Shown in pieces: positions 53,055-64,000 of a stretch of DNA of 64,000 nt. The notes beneath the pieces were generated by a model that worked only from the letters and a program-made list of their open reading frames with translations, ran no database searches and had not been told where the DNA came from. Location: assembly GCF_037042905.1 (NCBI RefSeq), contig NC_087256.1, positions 4,278,001-4,342,000 on the forward strand. The letters are read 5' to 3'. Position numbers and translations under genes: made by a program. This stretch comes from Lytechinus pictus (taxonomy: Eukaryota). Every line of letters begins with the position of its first letter. Position 1 is the first letter of the stretch.

Positions 53055-53644
53055 TGTAACAGGTCAAAATGAACTGTTTAATGGAAATTCATATATTTTC
53101 ATAACTCTTAATCATTTGTCTGTAAGTGATAGACACCTTCACAGGAAGTGCACAGGAAGTAGTAGAAAGTAGAAATATTTAACAATCTTCATGCTTTTGA
53201 GGAAGTATGATTCACACTCTTTCTGGGTAAGAGTGATGCTGAATGGTCTTTGGGTCAAAACATCACATTCCAGAGCTATGAGCTTGCATGACGTAGATAA
53301 TTATGGTCAAGGCTTAGCATCTGTGAATGGAGAGTGATAACTGCATAAAAAGGAGAGAGGATTTTGCTCCAATTCACTCCTGCACTGCACCCCATTCATG
53401 GGGCAGGCAGAGAGGCTTCTTCATTTTCGGGTCAGAATTAAAGGTATTTGACATGACATTCGTGTAGCGGGTGAGGCTCTCACCAGAGGAAATATGGTCC
53501 TCTAGGCCAGATTGTCAGGGTTTTTTCTATCTTGTGTTCTTGTACTTGGAATTTTGTATGTAACGATCCATCGATATTAAACGAACCGAAACACAAGGAA
53601 TGGTGTCGTGTGTCATCTTTCTACATCAGTTTCCGCGTGTTACA
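53055..53644 (+). repeat. 5' LTR (590 bp), intron-less form
   Basis: Identical to 55302-55690 + 56163-56238 + 56600-56725 except for 2 substitutions and one T in a homopolymer. Confidence 0.93.
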
Positions 53645-53646
53645 AG

Positions 53647-53666
53647 TGGCGTAGTCAGCAGGATCG
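53647..53666 (+). promoter_or_regulatory. Primer-binding site complementary to tRNA-Ser 3' end
   Basis: TGGCGTAGTCAGCAGGAT lies 2 nt after the 5' LTR and is the reverse complement of the eukaryotic tRNA-Ser(AGA/TGA-type) 3' end ATCCTGCCGACTACG-CCA with 1 mismatch. Confidence 0.8.
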
Positions 53667-55288
53667 ATGTTCATCGTTGGATACAACCAAGTTCAAACCC
53701 TGGCAATCTGAGGAGCTCATCCGTCTCATCTGTTGGACATCTTGAATTTTGTAAATATGAACGTAGCTTTAAGTTTAAGATGTATTGTGTGTGTGCATTG
53801 TGTGAATGCTGTAGCCGAAATGTAGTTTGTTTTAAAATAATATGAGGCTACAATGTATTTGATAGGGATTAATACTAATGGAAAGGTATTTTATGAGATA
53901 CCCTGTAAGAGTTTTCAGATCAAAAAGCTTTGGTCAAGGGAACACTGAGCACTGTTCAAGGTTCATTTTTGTGTTGTCATGGTAATGCTGTGTTTTGGAA
54001 CAGTCCATGCCCCCTTTCTTATGTAATTTTGGCTGGTTGGATGGGAACCACACATTGGGGTGTTGGAAGCTAGAGACACCAGTATTTTATATGTTGATAG
54101 GAGGGAGTACAGTATGTGCAGATTAAGCTCTGGGTTTGGCAAACATGATTAACTTGTGAATAGTTGAGGCGTTTCTTTGTCTGATACGTGAAGTTTGTTA
54201 ACTTTTTAAGTTTAGTTTTGGGTCTTGATTAATATTCGGTTTAATAAGTTATGGCGTGAATTAATGTTAATTGTTTGATCCAGAATGTGTATTTAATAGT
54301 TTTAGGGGCTACTTTTGAAAAAGTAGGGGAGCCCACGTCTTGATGAAAGTGGTTTACTTTTATGTTTATGTGTGTTATAGGTTATTATATTGTAATATGC
54401 TGATCTTTCTGATTTGTAACTGGGATTTGGCTAGGAGTACTGCTAGGTTTAGTCATGATAAAGTATCAATGTAAATTTCGAGAACCTCAATCTGAGACCG
54501 GGATTGCATTAGAGGGATACTGGAGTGACTATTTGGGCAGTAAAGTTTTTCTCTTTACCTTTGTTTTTCTGTTTACCTTCGAGGCCGGAAAGGACACATT
54601 GGTAGTTGAGTGAATTAGTCAAAAGTTATAAGATTTTTCAGTATGTTATATTGATGAACTATTGTTCCATTGGAAATTGCTAAGATTTGGGGAAACATCT
54701 GGTAATTGTTGTTATTTGTTTATTGCCTTGTAATTTTGCCTTACAGTTTGAATCAGCTGTAAGTATAAGTAGGTATATTTTGGGAGTTTTAAGGATGACA
54801 TTATAGTGATCTATTTACTGGTTATAAAGTATATAATGGTTTGTTATTCATTGAAGTACATGGATTGTGAAGGTTAATGTCGGTAACTAAACATTGGTTG
54901 GTATAAACTTTGGAGCTGTTAGGATCGGTTAGGAAGCACTTGGAATGTTAATGCTAGAAGCCTCAACATGAGACCAGTATTACATAATAAGGAGTGTAGT
55001 TGAAAACTGAAACAGTTAAGTTTTTGCACTAGATATGTCTTCTGTGTTTATTCTCGTCATGAGACCAGAAAGTTCGTATTAGTGGTGCGGGTTCGCCAAT
55101 ACCGAGTTATTGCTGAGATTTTCATATTCTGTATCGGGTGATTACTGGCTTTATATCTTAATGTCATGATTAATTGTAAATTGATTTGTTTTGTAACTGG
55201 GAACAAGCATCACCGGGTAGTGTTATTTAAAGTAGGACTTTAATTTGTAATAATTTTGGTATAGTGAGTGCCGGGACGTCACTCAATT

Positions 55289-55301
55289 AAGTAGGGGAGT
55301 A
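55289..55301 (+). promoter_or_regulatory. Polypurine tract of LTR element
   Basis: AAGTAGGGGAGTA immediately before the 3' LTR TGT. Confidence 0.8.
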
Positions 55302-56725
55302 TGTAACAGGTCAAAATGAACTGTTTAATGGAAATTCATATATTTTCATAACTCTTAATCATTTGTCTGTAAGTGATAGACGCCTTCACAGGAAGTGCAC
55401 AGGAAGTAGTAGAAAGTAGAAATATTTAACAATCTTCATGCTTTTGAGGAAGTATGATTCACACTCTTTCTGGGTAAGAGTGATGCTGAATGGTCTTTGG
55501 GTCAAAACATCACATTCCAGAGCTATGAGCTTGCATGACGTAGATAATTATGGTCAAGGCTTAGCATCTGTGAATGGAGAGTGATAACTGCATAAAAAGG
55601 AGAGAGGATTTTGCTCCAATTCACTCCTGCACTGCACCCCATTCATGGGGCAGGCAGAGAGGCTTCTTCATTTTCGGGTCAGAATTAAAGGTAAGAAAAT
55701 TATCTTATTTTGTCGATTCTGTTAGTTTTGAACAATAGTTTATAAAGTTGGTTCGCAATGCATTTTCTATTGTTTTAAATAATATGTTAGGTTATATTAA
55801 AGAGCTATCTTTGCTAGCATAGCATGTTATCTGTCTTATTTTAAAGGGGTTTGTAAATTAAATAATTCATTAGTTATGCATCTGTCTTCGTTACTTCAGA
55901 TTATTCTTATGTCATTTTGTTATATTTTGTATAATTACTTGTACGTATATACTTGATTGTAGTATGTAGTTATAAAACAGAATGTGTTCGGTTCTAATCT
56001 TATAGTGAAACAATTTAGTAAAATGATCTTTAGAGTGAAAGATTTTGGTTAAATTGATTTGGTTATTGAATTGTTAATTCAATGTTTCAGTTAAGTGTTT
56101 TCAGAGTAAAGGGTCACGATGATTACTTACTACGTGTAATAATTGTTACTTTCCTTTTAAAGGTATTTGACATGACATTCGTGTAGCGGGTGAGGCTCTC
56201 ACCAGAGGAAATATGGTCCTCTAGGCCAGATTGTCAGGGTGAGTGGTTATCATTCATTAACCACTGTATTTCAATGTTAATTTGTTGGCATATTCTAATT
56301 GTTGTTTGGTAAATTTCACTTGATGGATGTATTTCATTTATTTGTTGGAAGAGTTATCCATAACGATGGAGGAACTGAATTTGTGATTAGATGAGTTGAA
56401 TTCAGGCAATATTGATTAGGTTTTAATGAATGGGTATAGACAACATGTTTATCATTTATTATTACGAGTCTACTTGACGTCATATTGATGAATGTTTTGT
56501 CTTGGAGTCACAGACAAATATGTGTATATTTCTATTTTGTGCATTTTTCAAACATATCATAATTCTATTTAATTGTTTTGTTCTTGTTGGTTTTTGCAGG
56601 TTTTTTTCTATCTTGTGTTCTTGTACTTGGAATTTTGTATGTAACGATCCATCGATATTAAACGAACCGAAACACAAGGAATGGTGTCGTGTGTCATCTT
56701 TCTACATCAGTGTCCGCGTGTTACA
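55302..56725 (+). repeat. 3' LTR (1424 bp) containing two GT-AG introns (55691-56162, 56239-56599)
   Basis: AAG|GTAAGA...TTCCTTTTAAAG|GT and AGG|GTGAGT...TTTTTGCAG|G; the flanks match the 5' LTR. Confidence 0.92.
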
Positions 56726-58237
56726 CTAAAATACGGTTAATTTCACCCCAGACCTTTTTGGTATCAGTTTTGATTATAGAAAAGAGGGATGAATAATAAT
56801 CTGATTTTGCTATACGAAGTAATTGTACTAAGTTATTTTTATATTGTTTGTATTTTCTTTCATTTGCATTTGATGGAGTTTTCAGATATTTTTTCCAAAG
56901 TCTTTGCTTCTTGTTAATAGATTGTAATAAAGTTGTTGTTATCCAGGGTTTTTTACGAATAAATTTTGTATTTGGTTTTGATTTTATTATGGGAAAGCAT
57001 TCATTATAAAGTGAATAAAAGATTTGCAAAAATTTATTATAACAAATATTTACATCATCAGCATAATACATTAAAGACCAGTCAACCTCTTGTAATTTAG
57101 ATTTAAACTTTGATAGTTGATTATTATTAGTTAATCGTCTAAATGTACATGAGATGTTATTTAAAGATTTTAATTTGTAATTTTTCTTCAGACAAAAAAC
57201 TGGAAAATGATCTGATATATCAGCAATAAGCAACCCAGAATCAAAACTACTATCCAAGCAATTGCAAAAAATATTATCAATTAAGGTTGCACAAGTAGGA
57301 GTAATTCTTGAAGGTTTCGAAATCAATGGATATATTAAATTAAAAGAAAACATTGATTCTAAAAAATCATTTGTTTTTTCGTGTGAATCTATGTTTAATA
57401 AATTTATATTAAAGTCACCATTATGAAAATATCAGAATTCTGATTATTTATTTTTTCTAGTAAACTGTTTAATTTATCTAGGAATACGTCAATGTTTGAA
57501 CCTGGGACTCTATAAATACATCCTATAATAATTCTCTTTTTTTCGTAAGTCTGGAGCTCAATGAATAATGCTTGAAATTCAGACGTATTGTTTGAAATGT
57601 CAGACCTTATTATGTAATCAAATTTATTGTCTATATAAATCCCAACTCCACCACCTCTTTTACTTTCCCTATTAATCTGAACAAAATTGTATCCCTCAAT
57701 ATGGTACATGTTACTATTTTTCTTTTCACTGAGCCATGTTTCTGTTATACCTATTGCAGTAAATATTCTCCCAGAAGAATTTAAAAGCGTATGAATATCA
57801 TCAAAATTTTTGGGCAAACTTCGTGCATTGAGGTGGATAAGACTTAGGGAATCGTCGTTTGGGATTTCTTGTAACTCGTCAGTAAAGAAATATTTGCAAT
57901 GAGTTGGTTTATAAAAATTACCCCCAGTTTGGATGTCACAAAATATATTATCATTATCAAAGATGTCATCAATATCATTTAAACAAAAAGGATTAATTTT
58001 CATATGTTTTAATCTTTCCATATTGACGCCCTGGTTTAAGGAGAAAAAACTTAATAAGTTTAATTTAAAATCATCGTCATCCTCACAATGGTTAAAAGGA
58101 AATATATTGATACATTGAGTACATAAAGAGTTTGAAATAGGATCAGTGCACCTAAAAGAACAACCACATATACCACACACACACTGCATAATCACTAAAC
58201 ACTTCCAAAATGGCAATTGAATATAACATACACTCAC
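56726..58237 (-). pseudogene. LINE ORF2 N-terminal part: Cys-rich leader + apurinic-like endonuclease
   Basis: Motifs HLNARSL, GITETWL, RGGGVGIY, CIYR.P, GDFN (broken by a 1-nt frameshift near 57418), TLIDNIF and ISDHFPVF. Confidence 0.88.
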
Positions 58238-58640
58238 ACACCATCAAGATAATTTCTACCAAAATAATCAAGGGTGGAGAAAAAGGATTGAAGGTAAAAG
58301 TATATGTACATATAGGTTACAAGTCCTGGGGTAAAATGTTCAAAGATTTCAGCGTCCAGTTCACATAACTATGCTTTGTCAAAGGATTATACTGAAGTTC
58401 TCAAATATCCATCAAAATGGAGTTTACATTTTCATATTTCTAAAGATGCTGATCGCTTATGACAAATTTTGCATTTCAAACAAGTCAATTATTGCACAAG
58501 GATATCCTACAATCACAATACATACGTTCCTTTTTTCTTTTAAAAAAGAAGTGATCAAATGCTGCACAGAAAGGTCATGGCATCATATTGATGAACAATG
58601 ATACAATGTCATGTACTGAGGCATTCAGTATCATAATGAT

Positions 58641-59837
58641 TTTTAGGTGATCTGTCAATCGACAGATCAACTATTAATTTCGTACGAATTTTCTTTTTCA
58701 TTTATTTATTATTTTTCTTTATTTTCCGCCCTTTTCTTGTTAGCACAAAATCTCCAAATCTACATCATCAATTATCTTCAGAATATCATCAGATATGGGG
58801 ACTTATCATGTGATGTGTATAAAACAAGTTCAAGGTCAAAAGGTCATCATGACGTCATCTAGACGCCATTTTGTAAAATAGAGTATGGATGGGAGATATG
58901 ATTTCATGTCACATTTGACCCGAAATTTCATCATGACGTCATCAAAATGGCGTCGAAACTCAAAATTCCCATTTTGCTACTTATGATGTCATCATTGTTA
59001 TGCAAATTTGACTCTAACTCCATAAATATTGGTCAATTTTCGCTCAGTTTCTTATATGTTGTAGCTGAGGACATACTTTTTCTAATGTGATGGCTATATT
59101 CACATTTAAAGGAATGGATCATCCTGAAAAATGGTTATAAGAGGCATGTCATTTTCGCTCATTTTGTGTGCAATCTCTATGGGAAATGACTTTTTCTCAA
59201 AACTGGATTTTACATTCTTCTATTTCGCGAGCCATATCTCCATTTCTTTTTGTTGGTTTTCTCTGAGCTTGAGGTATGTTGTATCTGAGATTGTAAGCTA
59301 TCGCAAATGTGCTCTCCATTTTCCAATCAGATGCCGGGATCATGCCCGTATTTCTCTTGCAAAATTGGATTTGAGATCCTATGTGTAAAGTCTATGGGAA
59401 ATAGTGCTTATGTGTAAAGTCTATGGGAAATAGTGTAGCTCAGTTGATAAGGCATCAGACTTGCTTTCTTAGGGTCGAGGATTGGAACCCAGGGGTGAAC
59501 ATGAGATTTTTTTTTTTTTCTTTTCTTTTCAACATTTCACAAATGGTCCTTCATGACCATTACAAGGTATATAAGTTAAAACATTGCACAATAAAATAGT
59601 TTTAAAAAATCCTTTTAATATAACATGTACATGTACCATGTGTATCATTTACACCAATTTTCCAAAGTTTCTCATTTCTCTCTTTTCAAGAGTATTCATC
59701 ATGTTCTTTTTTGTAATAAAAGTTTAGTTTTCAATATGATCATCGTATTGATGTCAATAAACATGCTGATTGTCTTCGTGATCATGAAATCAGAGACAGA
59801 TCACCTAATTCGTCCTCATGACGAATTAAAATTCTAG
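58641..59837 (+). mobile_element. Helentron-associated non-autonomous element (HINE/DINE-1-like)
   Basis: 5' TTTT-AGGTGATCTGTC subTIR with adjacent short inverted copy (58661); 3' subTIR GACAGATCACCT (59795-59806), hairpin AATTCGTC-ctcat-GACGAATT, then CTAG|TT; no TSD. Confidence 0.72.
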
Positions 59838-61221
59838 TTTTTAATTTTTTTTTTACAACAAAAGGTCATGTAACTTTGGACAGATCATGTTTCAATACAA
59901 TTTGACAACTTTTCTAAAAATTTGATGGATCCTTAATTTTTCATGCATTACGACTTAAAAAAAGGTCTCTTGACTTTGCAGCAGATGTCTACTATCCTAT
60001 TGACTATATGTAAAAATAAAAATTGCCAAGCTTTGTTGTGTCATCTCTGAACAAGCCTCAAAGGGTGTGTTTATACTTCCATTGCGTAGACAGAATCAGC
60101 GTTTTCAAACATTGTTTCAGAACACCAGTCGCTAACGTGGTTATGGGAGTGCTGTTTATGCTTAATTTTTCAGAGGTGGAATTGCAATCTGCAGCTGGCT
60201 TCGCATCGTAATTTTTGTTGAGCAGGAATGCGAGGCCAAATTGGGCACGCCCTTTTTCGCAAGTGTTGTTTTCTAGTGTTGTTATGGTCGACTATTATTT
60301 TAAGGGATTTTAACTTCGAACAATTTTTTATCTTTAAGTAATTGCATGGAGCTACTTGACATACATGAATAGAATTTTCACCATGGTGAGGACAAGATAA
60401 AATAAAGAATATGATTTAATAAGACATCTATTTGTTTAAGCTTCTGGGGCTTTTGGCTCAGTGATATCTCATTATAACTCATGTTCAGTTTTTTTTGTAA
60501 ATCCCTCAACATCCATCGTGATGACAAATTAGAGGAATAGTAATAGTGATAGTAATCGTACATGCAAATGTGCATTGGTCATCCATTATTAGAACCAGGG
60601 AGATGAGAGGTAAATCCGTGGAGGTAGGTCCATGTTAGAACCATGCGACTATTTTGCCCACGGATTTTCATCTTACCCGAAGCATGTATCAAATGATGTC
60701 ATTTAAAACACGTTTACGGTCGCGGTCCTGTTTATACTTCCCAGAAAGCCTGATTCTGGTCAAACAACGTTTAGAAACGCACCTTTTGGTAAGTTTATGA
60801 TCGCGTTCTGAAACGACGTTTGAATGAAAGTAAGCATGGACTCAACCGTGTTTTAGACTAATCACTTATGAAAACGCTCATTCTGGCCTGAAAAGTGGAA
60901 GTATAAACACGGCCAAAATATGCCCATCTCAACAGCTCTCTCTCAGGGTGACCAGACGTCACATGTTTCAAGGGACAGTCCCATACTTTATTGTCCTGGG
61001 TCTCATACGACCCTGCCAACTGTGCCAAGGACTCTCTTTTGTCCCGTATTTCACAATTTTTAACACATTTACGTGAGAATATTCTAGCACAGCATTTTTT
61101 CATATGCATCTATAGGATAAATGGTAAAAGCTTATATTGTTTTCTGAACATCATGTAAAAATTAATCACAAAATTTGATTTGTTTAAAAAAGTTCATATG
61201 CTTGCTTGCTTGTCTATCTAA

Positions 61222-61843
61222 AGGGGCCATTCCACAGAGAGCAAGACCGCTGAAAGACCTTTCAAAGACCATGAATTTTGGTTGATCTTACAGAGGTCTC
61301 TCAATGAACCTACAATGGTCTTTGAGGTCTTACATGAGTCCTGACCAATCTTTCAGCGGTCTTCGTGGTCTTCATGGGCTCCAAAACTTTTTGAAAATGT
61401 TCAAAACAGTCTTACAACGGTCTTACAAGAAAATGGTCTTTCAGTGGTCTTTCAGCAGTCTTTCGATGAACTTTCAAAGGTCTTCATAGTCTTTCAATGA
61501 TCTTTCGGCAGTCTCTCAAGATTTTTGCGGAGATCACTGTAAGACTCATGAGAGATCATTGAAAGACCATTGAAAGACCAGGCAAAGTCCATGGAAAGAA
61601 TTCTGAAAGATCACTTGTTGCATAAAAGATCTCTGAAAGACCATTGAAAGATCTCTATAGGACTAGTCTAAGACCAGTAAGACAAGAAATATCCATCAGT
61701 CTTTCAGAGTTCTTTGAGGGGTCTTTCTGAGCCATTCCACAGAGATGACAAATTTCAGTGATCTTGAAGACCGCGGTAGGACCTCACCAATTTTAAGTCT
61801 TTCAGTGGTCTTTCAATGGTTTCCGTTCTGTGGAATGGGGGCC
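61222..61843. mobile_element. PIF/Harbinger-type MITE with internal TGAAAGACC repeats
   Basis: TAA|AGGGGCCATTCCACAGA ... TCTGTGGAATGGGGGCC|TAA. Confidence 0.7.
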
Positions 61844-61934
61844 TAACACACAGAATGTTTAGAAATTTTGCCCCGCACGTCATGTTTAGCTCTCTGAAAA
61901 TGTCTGGCTCATTACGCCACTGATCTGACTTCAA

Positions 61935-62255
61935 TGGCCCGTATTCTGAAGTCAGGTTTAAGTTAAACCCTGGTTTAAAGTCGTGGTTTAATTATGGAGA
62001 GCCAATAGTGGCATACATCTCTAACAATTTCAATGTGTCACTCAAGTAATTTTTCTCTCAAATCATTTTTAACTGTTTCAGAAGGGTAGATAAGATAGCT
62101 TTCTTCACCATTCATGAGCTAGGAAAGAGTACAGTAAATAAACATTGTAAGAAACATACAATGTAAGGAAAATGTTAACATTTTTGGTTTTCCATAATTT
62201 TAGCAGTTAGTCTTAGACCATGTTAAAGTTAAACCCGACTTCAGAATACGGGCCC
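61935..62255. mobile_element. MITE
   Basis: GGCCCGTATTCTGAAGTCAGGTTTAA / TTAAACCCGACTTCAGAATACGGGCC TIRs. Confidence 0.75.
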
Positions 62256-64000
62256 AAGTGTCTTGTATTTCGTCTGTCCAACCCTGCACTCTCTCTCTCT
62301 CTATCTCACATTAAAGGTATAGTGTATGATTGGTTGTTCTCAGAAAAGGGCAATGAATCAATTTCAAAATTATTACATTAATTAAATACCTATATTATTG
62401 CTCGATTTTATCACGGAAAAAAAACTTGCATAACTTTTCTATTTTCATGATATTGAGGGGTGAAACATGTATTATATATTTCTCGGTTAACCGTTTATAC
62501 TTAGGACCTTTCTATTGACGCCCTCTCGGGTTAAAAAATAAATTGATCTTAGAACACTGTCCGAATAATGCATATTCATTACGACGTCATGCATATTGAT
62601 GAATACGTCATCGCGCATGCGCAGTATCTAGAAATCCCCATATGTGTGTAGCTGAGAAAGCAAACGTCGAACGGTGCGTGCAAGCTCAAAGCGCCGATGC
62701 CAGCCGGCTAGCGACTTGTTTACGCTTTGCACACAAGCTACCGGTTCACATCACAGTCACAGGACATTATCATCGCATGCAAAGTACGTGAGTATAGTCT
62801 ACACATATAGACCGAATAGTGCGTGTATGCGAGTATCGATGCACGTTTTGGAATTTTAATTCACAAGCAGATGATGAGCAGAGAAAATTGAGGGATGGGG
62901 CAGACATGACGTACTCGGCAAGATTTCAACAACAACAAAAAACAGTGACAAAATAGCTATTAATTTTGCAGCCCTGCAAGGAAACTTGCATCTCGATTTT
63001 TAATAATGAGAAGTTCAGTATATTGCTCAGCAGTAAAAGTGTGATTTTTATCTGGGGATATATATATATACAGGACCGAACTCTGTGATATAGACCCAGA
63101 GTTATTAATTCTTCTTTATTTGCTTGTTTAAAAAGCACAGTCACATGCAATCATAAAAATATACACAAAGTACAAATAATAACATGAGTACAGGCAAGAT
63201 ACAATGTGTATTTGGGTCTCATTCCTAAGACGGTATTTACAATGAACGCGTGGGGAATCCGGGAAGCAAGGTACGTGAAGAAGACTACGCAAACTTGGAG
63301 AAGCAGAAGAGAACAGACCAACGTAATGTGTAAGCATGGAGCTATTTATAGCCCCATGGTGTATGATTTGTGTATCAATTTCGAGGAGATCAACTCGCTC
63401 ACACACACTCATGCGAGCCCATGAGCCGGAAAGTTGGGGGCGGCAGAAGAGAGGGTGGTAGCCTTATTACCAATGGACAGATCTAAAGCTATATTCTATG
63501 GACGGATGGAGCAATCTCCTTGGATGGAGAAATGACTGAAGATCGAGTGAAGAGAATGAATGATGGATTGATAGCTGGGCCTGGGTATGGGTGTATTGTA
63601 TCATCCGCCCGATCATCCGATGGATAGGCCTACTGATAACCCCCCAGGATGGACGGATTGAATGGATGAACGAATGGATACCAATGATAAAATGATGAAA
63701 TAAAATGAATTGGTGGCTGGACAGATGAGCTGGTCATGTAGAAAAAATAGCAGAAAATACGCATTCGCTCTATGTTTATTTGAGAAAAAAATGTAAATGA
63801 CTGCTTGTACGTGCTTGGCGGTGAAAATGACAATTACACGGCTCACACTTTGTTTGGGGGCATGAGAGGAACCACTTGCTACGGTCATCGCAAATAGATT
63901 CTCTGCCTCTTTACAAAATGAAATGGAAGTTACAGCACTGTTAGGTATATATGGGTTTCGGGATGGGTTTACCCCACTTATGCGTACATGATATGATCTT

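Larger units (their letters stand above)
53055..56725 (+). mobile_element. Non-autonomous (non-coding) Ty3/Gypsy-type LTR retroelement with asymmetric LTRs
   Basis: TGTAAC...GTTACA ends on both LTRs; 4-bp TSD CTAA (53051-53054 / 56726-56729); PBS after the 5' LTR and PPT before the 3' LTR; 1657-bp internal region with no gag/pol ORF. Confidence 0.93.
51054..58260 (-). mobile_element. CR1/L2-group (Crack/Daphne-like) non-LTR retrotransposon, ORF2 (APE endonuclease + RT), frameshifted and interrupted by an LTR element
   Basis: ORF pieces 57404-58237, 56721-57353 and 51318-53018 rejoin (..INRIL/GNTKHKK..) once 53055-56729 is removed. The 3' end has a stem-loop, AATAAA and a (TTGAAC)n tail at 51054-51074. 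The 5' boundary is approximate. Confidence 0.9.

Noticed and set aside
53600-53845. 81-aa ORF across the 5' LTR/PBS as a possible gag
   Set aside because: Starts inside the LTR, is short, and has no capsid or zinc-knuckle features.
53055-56725. Penelope-like pseudo-LTR or DIRS element as explanation for intron-bearing terminal repeats
   Set aside because: TG..CA ends, 4-bp TSD, tRNA PBS and PPT indicate a true integrase-type LTR element.
59434-59500. Functional tRNA gene
   Set aside because: T-loop/B-box is degenerate, no convincing acceptor stem, and it sits inside a transposon.

Overview
AT-rich, intron-rich animal genomic DNA. The repeat landscape suggests an invertebrate deuterostome such as a sea urchin (inference). 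There are three host genes. (1) The last four coding exons of an NMNAT gene (+, 9176-13177). (2) A complete 7-exon, 291-aa TspanC8 tetraspanin (+, 22575-34423). (3) The 3' part of a SIMC1 (Nse5-like, SMC5/6 recruiter) orthologue (-, CDS 50543-46547, plus a probable 3'UTR intron). A 131-bp purine-rich satellite (~15 copies) lies between NMNAT and the tetraspanin. Introns and intergenic DNA carry many non-autonomous transposons: Kolobok-type, Harbinger-type and Tc1-type MITEs, a near-palindromic Academ-like element with two nested LINE fragments, and a Helentron-type element. The standout feature lies in a SIMC1 intron, where a CR1/L2-group LINE is split by a young, non-coding LTR retroelement (53055-56725; CTAA TSD, tRNA-Ser PBS, PPT) whose two LTRs differ. 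The 3' LTR (1424 bp) contains two canonical GT-AG introns (472 and 361 bp) that are absent at the splice junctions from the otherwise ~99.5% identical 5' LTR (590 bp). A single integrated element with one spliced and one unspliced LTR should not arise from canonical single-template LTR reverse transcription.
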